Both the position numbers and the translations under genes were made by a program. Positions 46,985-55,381 of a stretch of DNA of 64,000 nucleotides are shown piece after piece; the first letter of the stretch is position 1, and every line of letters begins with the position of its first letter. Source of the stretch: Neptunomonas phycophila (GTDB taxonomy: Bacteria > Pseudomonadota > Alphaproteobacteria > Caulobacterales > Caulobacteraceae); assembly GCA_964224415.1 (NCBI GenBank), contig CAXQIE010000013.1, positions 57,198 through 121,197 on the forward strand, given 5' to 3'. The notes beneath the pieces are model-generated. The model searched no databases. It was not told where the DNA came from and saw only the letters and a list, made by a program, of their open reading frames with translations.

Positions 46985-47031
46985 TGAAGCGCGACAAAAG
47001 CATTCGGAGTCTGGGACAGGACGTTTCGGAG
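46985..47031. repeat. putative prophage right terminus with two 22-bp-phased transposase-binding-like repeats
   Basis: The + strand reads TGAAGCGCGACAAAAGCATTCGGAG / TCTGGGACAGGACGTTTCGGAG. The 22-mers 46988-47009 and 47010-47031 share 13 of 22 positions, including GACA and TTCGGAG. The terminal TG and the TGAAGCG 7-mer match the Mu R end as I recall it. Confidence 0.4.
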
Positions 47032-47047
47032 CAAAGGGCGGCTGGGT

Positions 47048-47251
47048 TCAAGGGCGCTGGGCGTCAAGTATGCTGCTGAGGTCATCGTAAGTCTCAGCCA
47101 CCCGGATGTTGCGAGAGTCGTCCATCGGGGAATGGCCCCTGATCACGATCACTCGAAACTGCTTGCGCTCCTTCACCAGTTCAATGGTGTCGACGTTCAG
47201 GATCAGCTCCTCGCCATCCTCAGAACTGGTCACCTTTATAAATCTCGACAT
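47048..47251 (-). CDS. small phage accessory protein (67 aa), FlbD/SwrD-like pattern
   Basis: ATG at 47251 overlaps the methylase stop (TGATG), with GGAGG 6 nt upstream. FIKVTSSEDGEELILNVDTIELVKE...IRVAETYDDLSSIL resembles FlbD-family proteins by eye. It is less GC-rich than its neighbours. Confidence 0.5.
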   Translation of the reverse strand: MSRFIKVTSSEDGEELILNVDTIELVKERKQFRVIVIRGHSPMDDSRNIRVAETYDDLSSILDAQRP

Positions 47252-48057
47252 CACCCACCTCCCGTAATGATCAGCTCGCGCGCCGCCGTCGGCGCGCCGC
47301 TCACGCGGTAGGTTACACCGACCGGCTCGATCGAGAAGCGCGGATCGGCGTATAGGGCGCGGATCTCGGGGACGTCGTTTATGGTCAGGGCAAAGCGCCC
47401 CTGAACGGCCGCTAAGCGGTCTCTCAGTCGGGCATGATCGGCCGGGCTGAACATGGCCGCCCCATAGTCGGTCTCGCAGCCCCAGTAGGGCGGGTCGCAG
47501 AAGGTCAGGGTGCCCGGGCCGTCATAGCGGTCGATGAACCGGTCGAACGGCAGGCGCTCGATCACCACCCCGGACAGCCGTTCGTGCAGGTCCTCCAGCA
47601 TCGGCTCCAGCTGGGAGAGGTTGAACCGGGCCCGGCCCGTGTCCATGCCGAAGTTCCGGCCCGTCACCTTCCCCCCGAAGGCCACGCGCTGCAGGTACAG
47701 GAATCGCGCCGCGCGCTGCAGATCGGTCAGGGTCTCGGGATCGACCCGGGACAGGCGGTCGAACTCATGGCGGGTGGTGATCTGAAAGCGAAGCACCTCC
47801 ATGAACTGCGGATAGTGCTCGCGCAGGATGCGGAACAGATTGGCCACGTCGGCCGACCAGTCATTGATGACCTCGAACCGGGGACGGCTGGTGCGCCTCA
47901 GGAAGACGCCGCCCATGCCGACAAAGGCCTCGGCATAGCGATCGTGGGGGGTCGCCTCGATGATCTCGACCAGGCGCCGGGCCAGATTGCGCTTGCCGCC
48001 CAGATAGGGCGCGACAGGCTTGATAGGACGCACCGGGGTGCGGGCAGTGGACTCCAT
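47251..48057 (-). CDS. D12-class N6-adenine DNA methyltransferase (Dam-like, orphan)
   Basis: ATG at 48057. APYLGGKRNLARRL, the AdoMet motif EAFVGMGGVF and the catalytic DPPY (FCDPPYW) are present. No adjacent endonuclease is recognisable. Confidence 0.85.
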   Translation of the reverse strand: MESTARTPVRPIKPVAPYLGGKRNLARRLVEIIEATPHDRYAEAFVGMGGVFLRRTSRPRFEVINDWSADVANLFRILREHYPQFMEVLRFQITTRHEFDRLSRVDPETLTDLQRAARFLYLQRVAFGGKVTGRNFGMDTGRARFNLSQLEPMLEDLHERLSGVVIERLPFDRFIDRYDGPGTLTFCDPPYWGCETDYGAAMFSPADHARLRDRLAAVQGRFALTINDVPEIRALYADPRFSIEPVGVTYRVSGAPTAARELIITGGG

Positions 48058-48108
48058 GAACAATTCAGTTTCTCGATTACCCCGCCGGTGCGCCCGGTGG
48101 GGGGACTG

Positions 48109-48128
48109 TGGCCAGGCGCGCCTGGCCA
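48109..48128. promoter_or_regulatory. perfect 20-bp palindrome between tail-fibre and methylase genes
   Basis: TGGCCAGGCGCGCCTGGCCA was read directly from the sequence. It is flanked by two shorter hairpins (GGGGCTGCAACCCC and CCCCCTCGAAAGGGGG) in the 134-bp intergenic region. Confidence 0.5.
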
Positions 48129-48191
48129 TGGTGCGGGTGACCGCCCGCTGGTGATGGGGCTGCAACCCCGTCACCCCCCTCGAAAGGGGGA

Positions 48192-48845
48192 TCAGTATTT
48201 GATGCACCACAGGAAGGGCACGTTCTTCGGCCGGGTCTCGACGTCGCCGGTGGAGCCCGTGTTGTAAGAGGTCAGGTTCTCGCTGGTGCCGGTGTTGCCG
48301 GTGACCGTCCTGCCGGCGGCGCCCTCCGAATCTGAAGCCGGGGGGCTGACCGAGTGCAGGTGGCTCTTGAATGCGTCCAGCTGCGGCGCGTCGCCCGCCT
48401 CGCGAGGACCGTCAGGGTCAACGCTGGCATCGGACGAGGCCGCCCGCTCGAAATAGCCCTCATAGTTGGGCATGACGAAGTGGTCGGCGTCAGACCCGGT
48501 GATGCTGCGTCCCTCGGCCAGATAGTGGGCCACCAGCGCCGGATAGTCCGCCCTCAGATGCTCAGCCCCATCGGCGGCCAGATAGCCCGCCGGCACGGCG
48601 GTGCCGTCAAAGCTGATCCGGGTCCCGACCGGCACTCCATTGGTCCGCGCCAGAGCAATGATGGCGGCCAGCAGCTGGGCCCCACTGCCCTTGACCAGGG
48701 CGATGCCGGCGCCCTCGATCGCCTGGCCCAGGCTCTCCTGGACGTCATTCAGCCAGGCTGCCGAAACACGCGTGGTCGGATTGGCGACATTGGTATCGTC
48801 GTTGAACTGGTCGCCGAGGGCATCAGAGGTATCGATACGGTGCAT
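48192..48845 (-). CDS. phage tail fibre protein with tail-collar domain
   Basis: PVGTRISFDGTAVPAGYLAADGAEHLRADYPAL...FVMPNYEGYF...SHLHS...ETRPKNVPFLWCIKY is the Phage_Tail_Collar pattern. Confidence 0.8.
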   Translation of the reverse strand: MHRIDTSDALGDQFNDDTNVANPTTRVSAAWLNDVQESLGQAIEGAGIALVKGSGAQLLAAIIALARTNGVPVGTRISFDGTAVPAGYLAADGAEHLRADYPALVAHYLAEGRSITGSDADHFVMPNYEGYFERAASSDASVDPDGPREAGDAPQLDAFKSHLHSVSPPASDSEGAAGRTVTGNTGTSENLTSYNTGSTGDVETRPKNVPFLWCIKY

Positions 48846-48848
48846 GGG

Positions 48849-49439
48849 TCAGGCCTCCGGATAGCTGAAAATGACTTGGGTATGGGCCGGGGCGGCCCGG
48901 TTGATGACGCACTCGACGTCCAGGGCACCCCCGACGCGCAGACGCTCGCCCGCGCGGCTCACCCCGGCCCGAAAACTGGTGAAGTCCGTCTGGGTCAACA
49001 CATGGACCCGCCAGACCAGCCGCCAACGGCCATCGCTGACGTCCAGCAGCGGCGCATAGGTCGCGACGTCCGGGTCCTGCTCGATGATCTCGATCTCAAA
49101 GCCCAGATTGGCGGCCAGGGCGATGTAGAAGGCGGGTGTCTGCCCTCCCATGCTGGCCAACTTCTGGATGATGGCAGCGCGCCGCTCGGCCAGAGTGCCC
49201 AGCACCGGCGTGCAGGCGTCGGGCAGGCCCAGCACCCGTTCCCAGTCGGTCATCATTTCCAGCGTGGTTCTAGGGTGCAGCTCGTCCAGCAGCTGTTCGG
49301 CGCGGGCGTCCAGCCGGGCGAACTCGGCCGCCAGCGACGCCAGGACCTGGGTCAGGACCGAATCGGGATCCCGGGTCCATGCGGGGCCGGTGGGCAGCAG
49401 CTGCTGCAGCTGGGCGGTATAGTCGGCTTCATTGGCCAT
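48849..49439 (-). CDS. Mu gp48-like tail protein (DUF2313/YmfQ family)
   Basis: YTAQLQQLLPTGPAWTR...MTDWERVLGLP is present. It lies after the baseplate J gene. Confidence 0.75.
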   Translation of the reverse strand: MANEADYTAQLQQLLPTGPAWTRDPDSVLTQVLASLAAEFARLDARAEQLLDELHPRTTLEMMTDWERVLGLPDACTPVLGTLAERRAAIIQKLASMGGQTPAFYIALAANLGFEIEIIEQDPDVATYAPLLDVSDGRWRLVWRVHVLTQTDFTSFRAGVSRAGERLRVGGALDVECVINRAAPAHTQVIFSYPEA

Positions 49440-49441
49440 GA

Positions 49442-50494
49442 TCAGGACCAGGTGATGGTGCCCATGACGGCCAGCTCACCGGCGTCATGGGCCACATTGG
49501 CGGTGGGGGCGGTCAGCACATGATCGGCCTCACCGGCGGCGATCGACACCGCCTCGCGGATGCGGCTGATCAGCAGGGTGCCGCCCGGGGTCGCGTCGCG
49601 GGCCAGCAGGTCCTTCAGCTCCTGCTCGACGGCCACCCGGATGTCGTCGCTGTCCGGAATCAGATCGATGGTCAGGTTCAGCGGCACGGGGGTCGGGGCG
49701 AACACGTCAACAGCGGCGGTGACCGGCCGCAGATCGGCGATCCATGCGGCCACGGCCGCCACGTCCCCGGCCTCGGGGATCAGATCCTCGCGGCCGTCCA
49801 TGACGAAGGTCAGCCCGACCGTGCCCAGGCCGTTCATCAGGGGATAGACCCACGCCCGGGTCACCCCCGGCACCTCCCGGGCCCAGCGCACATAGTCCCG
49901 GGCATTGCCGCCGTGGGCTGGCTGGCGCAGGCGATCAAGAACCCGGCCCCGCAACGCCTCTTCGGCCTCGGCGTCGGTCCCGCCGACCAGACCGGCAGCA
50001 GTGACCGTCACCTCGGCCGAGACGCCCGCGACGGGCGAGACGAAGGTCATCTTGGTCCCGGATGTCGCCTGACCGTCTGCACCCGGCAGGCTGGCCTCGA
50101 CCGCCAGGGTCGCCACCCCTCCCGCGATGATCGCTTCCGCCGTCGTCACATATTCGACGGCGTCCGTCCGCTGCAGCACCGTCGCGATCGGGATGATCGA
50201 GCCGTTGACGCCGCTGGCCGTGACGGCGCCGGTTGCGGCAGTGGCGGGTTTGGGGGTCACGCCCAGGATCGAGGCCCAGCGTAGCAGGTAATCCCCCGTG
50301 GCGGTGTCGGGCAGGCCGTTCAGCGCGATGCTGTCCAGATAGCCATAAAGACCATGGGTGGCCCCCGCATGGGTCCGCGCCAGCACGTCCAGGGCGCTGC
50401 GGCGCAGGCGGCTGTCCGCCCCCGGCATCCGGGCATCGATGTCGCCCCGGGCGCGCTCCAGCAGGGTGCTCAGGGTCGGGCGGGAAAACGGCAT
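49442..50494 (-). CDS. baseplate J-like protein (Mu gp47)
   Basis: 350 aa. The N-terminus PTLSTLLERARGDIDARMPGADSRLRRSALDVLA is typical of the Baseplate_J family. Confidence 0.85.
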   Translation of the reverse strand: MPFSRPTLSTLLERARGDIDARMPGADSRLRRSALDVLARTHAGATHGLYGYLDSIALNGLPDTATGDYLLRWASILGVTPKPATAATGAVTASGVNGSIIPIATVLQRTDAVEYVTTAEAIIAGGVATLAVEASLPGADGQATSGTKMTFVSPVAGVSAEVTVTAAGLVGGTDAEAEEALRGRVLDRLRQPAHGGNARDYVRWAREVPGVTRAWVYPLMNGLGTVGLTFVMDGREDLIPEAGDVAAVAAWIADLRPVTAAVDVFAPTPVPLNLTIDLIPDSDDIRVAVEQELKDLLARDATPGGTLLISRIREAVSIAAGEADHVLTAPTANVAHDAGELAVMGTITWS

Positions 50495-50949
50495 CAGGAA
50501 GCGCTCCAGACGAAGTCAAAACGGGTGGTGGTCGCGGCGCCGGGGTGCAGGATGGCCACCTGAATCGCCAGGCCCAGACCCAGCACATCGCCCTGGGCCG
50601 CGACGGTGATCTCCAGCGCCCGGGCCACGCCGTCCTCGATCATCCAGGCCAGAGCCTCCTCGACGTGGTCGCGGGCCGCTACCAGCGTCTCGGTCGTCGC
50701 CTTGGCCCGCGACAGCAGCCACAGCCGCGACCCGATCCGGTCATTGCCCTCGGCCGCCACATCGCCCCACCAGCCCCGGCGGTTGCCGTCATCGCTCGGC
50801 AGGGCATCGTCCAGCCGCGCCCGGCGATCGGTCATTAGTGAGATCAGCACGGCCGTCCGCAGGCCCTCCTCGGTCATCAGGCCGCCGCCCTCTATGACCA
50901 GATCGGCCAGACCGGCCTCGGCCGACCAGATCAATGCCAGGTCCGTCAT
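50494..50949 (-). CDS. phage GP46 family baseplate protein (Mu gp46)
   Basis: DLALIW...GLADLVIEGGGL...LRTAVLISLMTDRRA...RRGWWGD is present. Confidence 0.8.
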   Translation of the reverse strand: MTDLALIWSAEAGLADLVIEGGGLMTEEGLRTAVLISLMTDRRARLDDALPSDDGNRRGWWGDVAAEGNDRIGSRLWLLSRAKATTETLVAARDHVEEALAWMIEDGVARALEITVAAQGDVLGLGLAIQVAILHPGAATTTRFDFVWSAS

Positions 50950-51491
50950 GTCGATTTCACCGTCATCGAGGTGGCCACCACCTTGCCGGCGACGACCGCG
51001 TCATCATGGCGGGCCACGGCCACGGTCGCGCCTTCGCCACCCAGGCGCAGGTCTTCGCTGGCCAGCACGATCTTCGGCGACGCCAGCGTCATCTCGGTCC
51101 CGGCCGACAGGCTGATCTCGGGCGCCTCGATCTCGACCCGCAGGGACGAGGCGATGCGGATGCCCTCGCGGGTCAGATGCACCACCTGGCCCAGATCATC
51201 GTGCAGGGCGACCTCGCCCTCTTCCAGCGCCATGCGATAGCGGCGGTCCCCCAGAGCCAGCACCACGCCATTGCCGCGCGACCCGGCGACCGACACGATC
51301 AGGCCTTCGGCCCCGGGCAGCGGACGGCTGGACAGGCCATAGTCCATCATCCGCTCCAGCCCCTCCAGCACCTCGCCCTTCAGGCCTTCGCCCTGGACGC
51401 GCTGCACAGGGCCCGCATCGTTCAGCAGGGTCAGGCGGAACCGCCCGACCAGCCGCGCAGCCAAGGCCCGCATCTGTCCCGCACCGATCAT
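50946..51491 (-). CDS. baseplate assembly protein V / spike (Mu gp45)
   Basis: Support comes from size, position and the pattern VQRVQGEGLKGEVLEGLERMMDYGLSSRP. Confidence 0.8.
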   Translation of the reverse strand: MIGAGQMRALAARLVGRFRLTLLNDAGPVQRVQGEGLKGEVLEGLERMMDYGLSSRPLPGAEGLIVSVAGSRGNGVVLALGDRRYRMALEEGEVALHDDLGQVVHLTREGIRIASSLRVEIEAPEISLSAGTEMTLASPKIVLASEDLRLGGEGATVAVARHDDAVVAGKVVATSMTVKST

Positions 51492-52561
51492 GACCGGCCT
51501 CCCGGGGGCGGGCTGGCCACCCGGCGACCGGGCGCGCTGGCGACGGGCTTCAGGCTATAGGCCTCGGGGCGTACCAGGCTCAGCTCGCACCGGCTGCCCT
51601 CGGTCGCGCCGCGCCGAAACTTGACGGCCGAGACCAGCAGCTCGGCGTTGATGCCCACGGTCGGTGCCCGCACCGGCACGATCCGGTTCGGCCTCCACAC
51701 GGCCCCGTCGGGCGCGCGCCAGCCGCTGACCAGCACCCGGACCATCTGCGCCTGTCCGGCCCTCACCGAGGCCTCCCAGAGCGCCGAGGCGTCCAGGCCG
51801 GCCGCCGTCGTCTCCTCATCGGCCAGGATCAGCAGGGGCCGGTGTCGCTTGACCCCGGAGTCCGTGGCCGAGCCGCCCGGCCGGGCCGCCGCCGACAGGG
51901 CCGCCTCGTCCGAGGTGTCGTGGGCCAATAGCCGGTATTCGCTGAACCGGCCGACCACGCTGTTGTCGAACTCGATCTGTTCGATCGTCTCCCCCTCGAC
52001 CAGGGTAAAGCCCGCCACCTGTTCGGTCGGCCGCATCAGCAGCAGGTCCCCGGCCTTGTCCGTGGTGGCCAGAAAGCCGCGCAGGGCCGTCATCCGCACG
52101 ATGGCGTCCAGCACTGTCTCCCCGGGCTCCAGCGCGAACCGGGCAAAGGGCGCGCCCGGATCACCTTCGATCGTCACCTTGATGCCGAACGGGTCGCACA
52201 GCTCGGTGGCGATCTGCAGCAGGGTCCGGTTGGTCCAGAAGCCCGGCGTGTGAAGGGCCGAACAGTCGACCAGGTCACAGGTCCGGTCCCGCCCGTTGAT
52301 CTGGATGGCATGGCGGTTCGGCGACAGGCTGTAGCGGGCCTGATCGATCCAGCCGTCGATGATCGGCTCATCATCGATCAGCAGCTGGGCCGCGTCCCCC
52401 GCCTCGATCCGCCAGCGCTCGGGCTGGCCCGGCCAGCGCTCGGTCAGGCCCAGGGTGAAGGCCCCGCACAGGGCATCCAGCGGGCGGTCGATCGACACAT
52501 CGGTCCAGCCGTCAAACTGACGACCGCCGACCTTCAGCATGACGCGCGCGGACTCAGTCAA
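51488..52561 (-). CDS. baseplate hub protein (Mu gpP / gp44-like)
   Basis: 357 aa. The N-terminus LKVGGRQFDGWTDVSIDRPLDALCGAFTL is typical of Mu P-like tail proteins. Confidence 0.8.
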   Translation of the reverse strand: MTESARVMLKVGGRQFDGWTDVSIDRPLDALCGAFTLGLTERWPGQPERWRIEAGDAAQLLIDDEPIIDGWIDQARYSLSPNRHAIQINGRDRTCDLVDCSALHTPGFWTNRTLLQIATELCDPFGIKVTIEGDPGAPFARFALEPGETVLDAIVRMTALRGFLATTDKAGDLLLMRPTEQVAGFTLVEGETIEQIEFDNSVVGRFSEYRLLAHDTSDEAALSAAARPGGSATDSGVKRHRPLLILADEETTAAGLDASALWEASVRAGQAQMVRVLVSGWRAPDGAVWRPNRIVPVRAPTVGINAELLVSAVKFRRGATEGSRCELSLVRPEAYSLKPVASAPGRRVASPPPGGRS

Positions 52562-53768
52562 GGCGACCTCCGTCCAGCGCTTTCAGCACCGTTCCGGCCA
52601 GCACAAACCCGGGGTGGCGGATGCGGTTGCGGGCGGCGATCTCCTGATCCCGATCGGCATCGCCATAAAGCTCATGTGCGATCACCAGCAGCGGCCGGTC
52701 CGTGGTCACCCGATGATCGAACAGGCGGGTGAGAGACCCGCCCCGGGCCGTCACATCGCGCACCATGGCCAGGCGCAGGGTCTGGACGGCGTCATAGGCC
52801 GCATCATCCCCCAGATCGGCTGCAGCATCGGCGATCCCGTCCATGGCCTCGGCCAGATCATCGCGAATGGCCGCTGCCTCGTCATAGGCGGCAAAGGTGA
52901 TGCGGCTGACCGCCCGGGTGGCCTCGGCCGCCGCCGCCTGACGCAGGAACAGCACCATCCGGTCGCGGTTCGCCCGTTCCCGCTGCCGGGCCGGGGTCAG
53001 GCCCAGAACCGCCGCCAGCGTCGATCCAAAGTCCAGCAGGGGTCGCAGCGAGGCCAGCACCGCCCGAGGCGTGCCCGCCAGCCGCGCGGCGTCGCGGGTC
53101 AGGTCCAGCAGCTCGGCCGCCATGTCTGCCGGCATGCGGGCCAGCGCCAGGGCCTCGGTCCGCACCCGGTCCGCCCGGCGCAGCCACGCCGCCGTGTCGG
53201 CCGAAGCCGCCCGCACCGGCGCCAGCGCCTGATCCAGCGCCTCGGTCACGGCCTCGATCTGGGCTGTCGCCCCGTCCAGGACAAAGCCGGGCTGCCCGGC
53301 CACCGAAAAGCTTTGGCCCAGACCGTCGGCCGCCTGCTGACCGGCGGCATCGGCGGCGCTGGCCGCCAGGGCCACGGTGTCGTCGCCGGCGTCCGGCGTG
53401 GTGTTCTCGCCCGCCTCGACAAAGTCCAGGCGAAAGCTGGCCTCTCCGCCCCGGCGGATGGTCTCCGACAGGCTGGAGGTGGTGGCCGTCACGATCACCG
53501 ACCCCAGCCACGGGTGTACCAGCGTGCCCGGGCCCTCGGTCTCCAGCGCCCGGATCAGCTCGGCCCGCGACAGGTCATAGTCGGGGCCCAGCAGATAGGC
53601 GTCCAGGCTGTAACGACGGCCCTGCCGCCCCAGATCCTCGACCCAGGGCGTGGCCCTCAGGGCATATTCATGAACATCGGTGCGGCGGCCAAAGTCGTGC
53701 TGATGGCTGTCGACCAGAAAGCCGACCCCCCGAAAGCTTGCCGGCCGCCGGCGGTCACGCCAGCTCAT
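52554..53768 (-). CDS. DNA circularisation protein (Mu gpN / gp43-like)
   Basis: WRDRRRPASFRGVGFLVDSHQHDFGRRTDVHEY...PWVEDLGR is the DNA_circ_N pattern. Confidence 0.8.
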   Translation of the reverse strand: MSWRDRRRPASFRGVGFLVDSHQHDFGRRTDVHEYALRATPWVEDLGRQGRRYSLDAYLLGPDYDLSRAELIRALETEGPGTLVHPWLGSVIVTATTSSLSETIRRGGEASFRLDFVEAGENTTPDAGDDTVALAASAADAAGQQAADGLGQSFSVAGQPGFVLDGATAQIEAVTEALDQALAPVRAASADTAAWLRRADRVRTEALALARMPADMAAELLDLTRDAARLAGTPRAVLASLRPLLDFGSTLAAVLGLTPARQRERANRDRMVLFLRQAAAAEATRAVSRITFAAYDEAAAIRDDLAEAMDGIADAAADLGDDAAYDAVQTLRLAMVRDVTARGGSLTRLFDHRVTTDRPLLVIAHELYGDADRDQEIAARNRIRHPGFVLAGTVLKALDGGRLD

Positions 53769-55381
53769 CCGCCCGGCCCCCGTCCACGTACCGGGCCGAC
53801 CGGCGCAAAGGTCACACCCGGGGTGTCAGACGATGCGGTCACCCGCGACGGCCGGAATCCATAGTCATAGGTGTGGACATCAACCCGGCCGCTGAACTCG
53901 GGTCTGGGCGCCGACTGCCCGACCGCCGGCGCCGGGCCTCGCGGCGGCCGGCGACCGTCCCCGCCTTCATCTCCGGGCGCCTTGCCGACATTCGACACGG
54001 CCCGGATCACGAACCGGGCCCCGCGTAGCACCTGCCGGAACCAGGGCGGCAGGATGTTCCAGACGGCGTCTATGCCCCGTTTGAACACCTCTTTGACCCG
54101 GGCCCACATCGACTGGAACCAGCCGACGATGGTGGCCCAGTGCTGGATGATCAGGCCCTGCGGGGTGAAGTTGAGGAACAGATAGCCGAGGAAGCCCAGG
54201 GCGCCCCGGACGACCTTGACCACGCCCTCCCAGATCCCGGCAAAGAAGCTGACGATCTTGCTCCAGTTGCGGATGATCAGATAGACGGCGGCCGCCAGCG
54301 CGCCGATCAGGGCGATGACGATGCCGATCGGATTGGCCAGCATGGCCCCGTTCAGGCCCATGACGGCGGCGGTCGCGGCCCAGACCGCCACCACCACCCG
54401 ACCGATCATCAATATGGCCAGCAGGTCGAGGGCATTGGTGACGCCCCCGACCACCTGAATGACACCCAGACCGATCCGGCCGACGGCGCCGAGGAACGAT
54501 GCAAACTCCCCGAGCCCCTTGATCACACCGGGCAGCGCCCCGGCGATCTGGTCGAAAACTTCGCGCGTGCGGCGCAGGACCTCGGGCTTGTTGGCGGCGA
54601 TCACCCCCTGCAGGCGCACGATCAGCCGGGTCAATTCGGGCAACAGCGGCGCGGCGATCGAGGTGGCCAGACCGAAGATGGCGGTCTGCAGCGTCGTGAT
54701 CGAATCGTTGAAGGCCTCGGACGCCTTGGCCTGATCCTCGGTCATCACCACGCCGAGGCGTTCGGCTTCATCGCCCATGGCCCGGATGGCGTCTCCGCCG
54801 GCATTCAGGAACGGGATCATCTCGACCCCGGACCGCCCGAACAGGGTCATGGCATAGGTGGTCTTTGCGGCACCGTCCGGCATGGCAGCGAACCGGTCGG
54901 CCACATCGATCAGCACCTCTTCGGTCGACCGCAGCCGTCCGTCCGTGTCCTTCAGCTTGACACCCAGGGCGTCAAACACCTTGGCGTCCTCACCCACCCC
55001 GGCGAGCGCGATGGTCGACGACTGATTGAGGAATTTCAGCCCGTCGGCCAGCTGGGTGTTGTCGACATCGGCAAGCTTGGCGGCATAGCCCAGCCTCTGC
55101 AGACTGACGACATTGACCCCGATCTTGGCCGAGGTCTTGATCGCCTCGTCGCCGGCGGCAGCGACGGCCCGCACGGCAAAGAACAGGCCGCTTCCCAGCG
55201 CCAGACCGGCGGCGGCGCCGACCGTGGCGATGCGGCGGATATCCCTCAACAGGCCAGCGGCCGCGCGCTGGGCAATCTGAAACGGCTGGCGCAGGCCCGC
55301 GACCGTCCGGCCCAGGCGACGGACCGGGGCCGTCGCCTGGTCCAGCAGGCGGATCACCAGATTAAGCTTCAGATCGGCCAT
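53765..55381 (-). CDS. tail tape-measure protein
   Basis: 538 aa. It is helical, with a Gly/Ala-rich hydrophobic central region, and lies directly after the frameshifted chaperone. Confidence 0.85.
   Translation of the reverse strand: MADLKLNLVIRLLDQATAPVRRLGRTVAGLRQPFQIAQRAAAGLLRDIRRIATVGAAAGLALGSGLFFAVRAVAAAGDEAIKTSAKIGVNVVSLQRLGYAAKLADVDNTQLADGLKFLNQSSTIALAGVGEDAKVFDALGVKLKDTDGRLRSTEEVLIDVADRFAAMPDGAAKTTYAMTLFGRSGVEMIPFLNAGGDAIRAMGDEAERLGVVMTEDQAKASEAFNDSITTLQTAIFGLATSIAAPLLPELTRLIVRLQGVIAANKPEVLRRTREVFDQIAGALPGVIKGLGEFASFLGAVGRIGLGVIQVVGGVTNALDLLAILMIGRVVVAVWAATAAVMGLNGAMLANPIGIVIALIGALAAAVYLIIRNWSKIVSFFAGIWEGVVKVVRGALGFLGYLFLNFTPQGLIIQHWATIVGWFQSMWARVKEVFKRGIDAVWNILPPWFRQVLRGARFVIRAVSNVGKAPGDEGGDGRRPPRGPAPAVGQSAPRPEFSGRVDVHTYDYGFRPSRVTASSDTPGVTFAPVGPVRGRGPGG

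Noticed and set aside
46899-47090. 63-aa plus-strand ORF (MICLRVLFCVCSMFLFC...)
   Set aside because: It runs across the LexA boxes and the putative prophage end, has no SD, and its composition changes abruptly mid-ORF. The minus-strand 29-aa ORF with GGAGG is the better explanation for this region.
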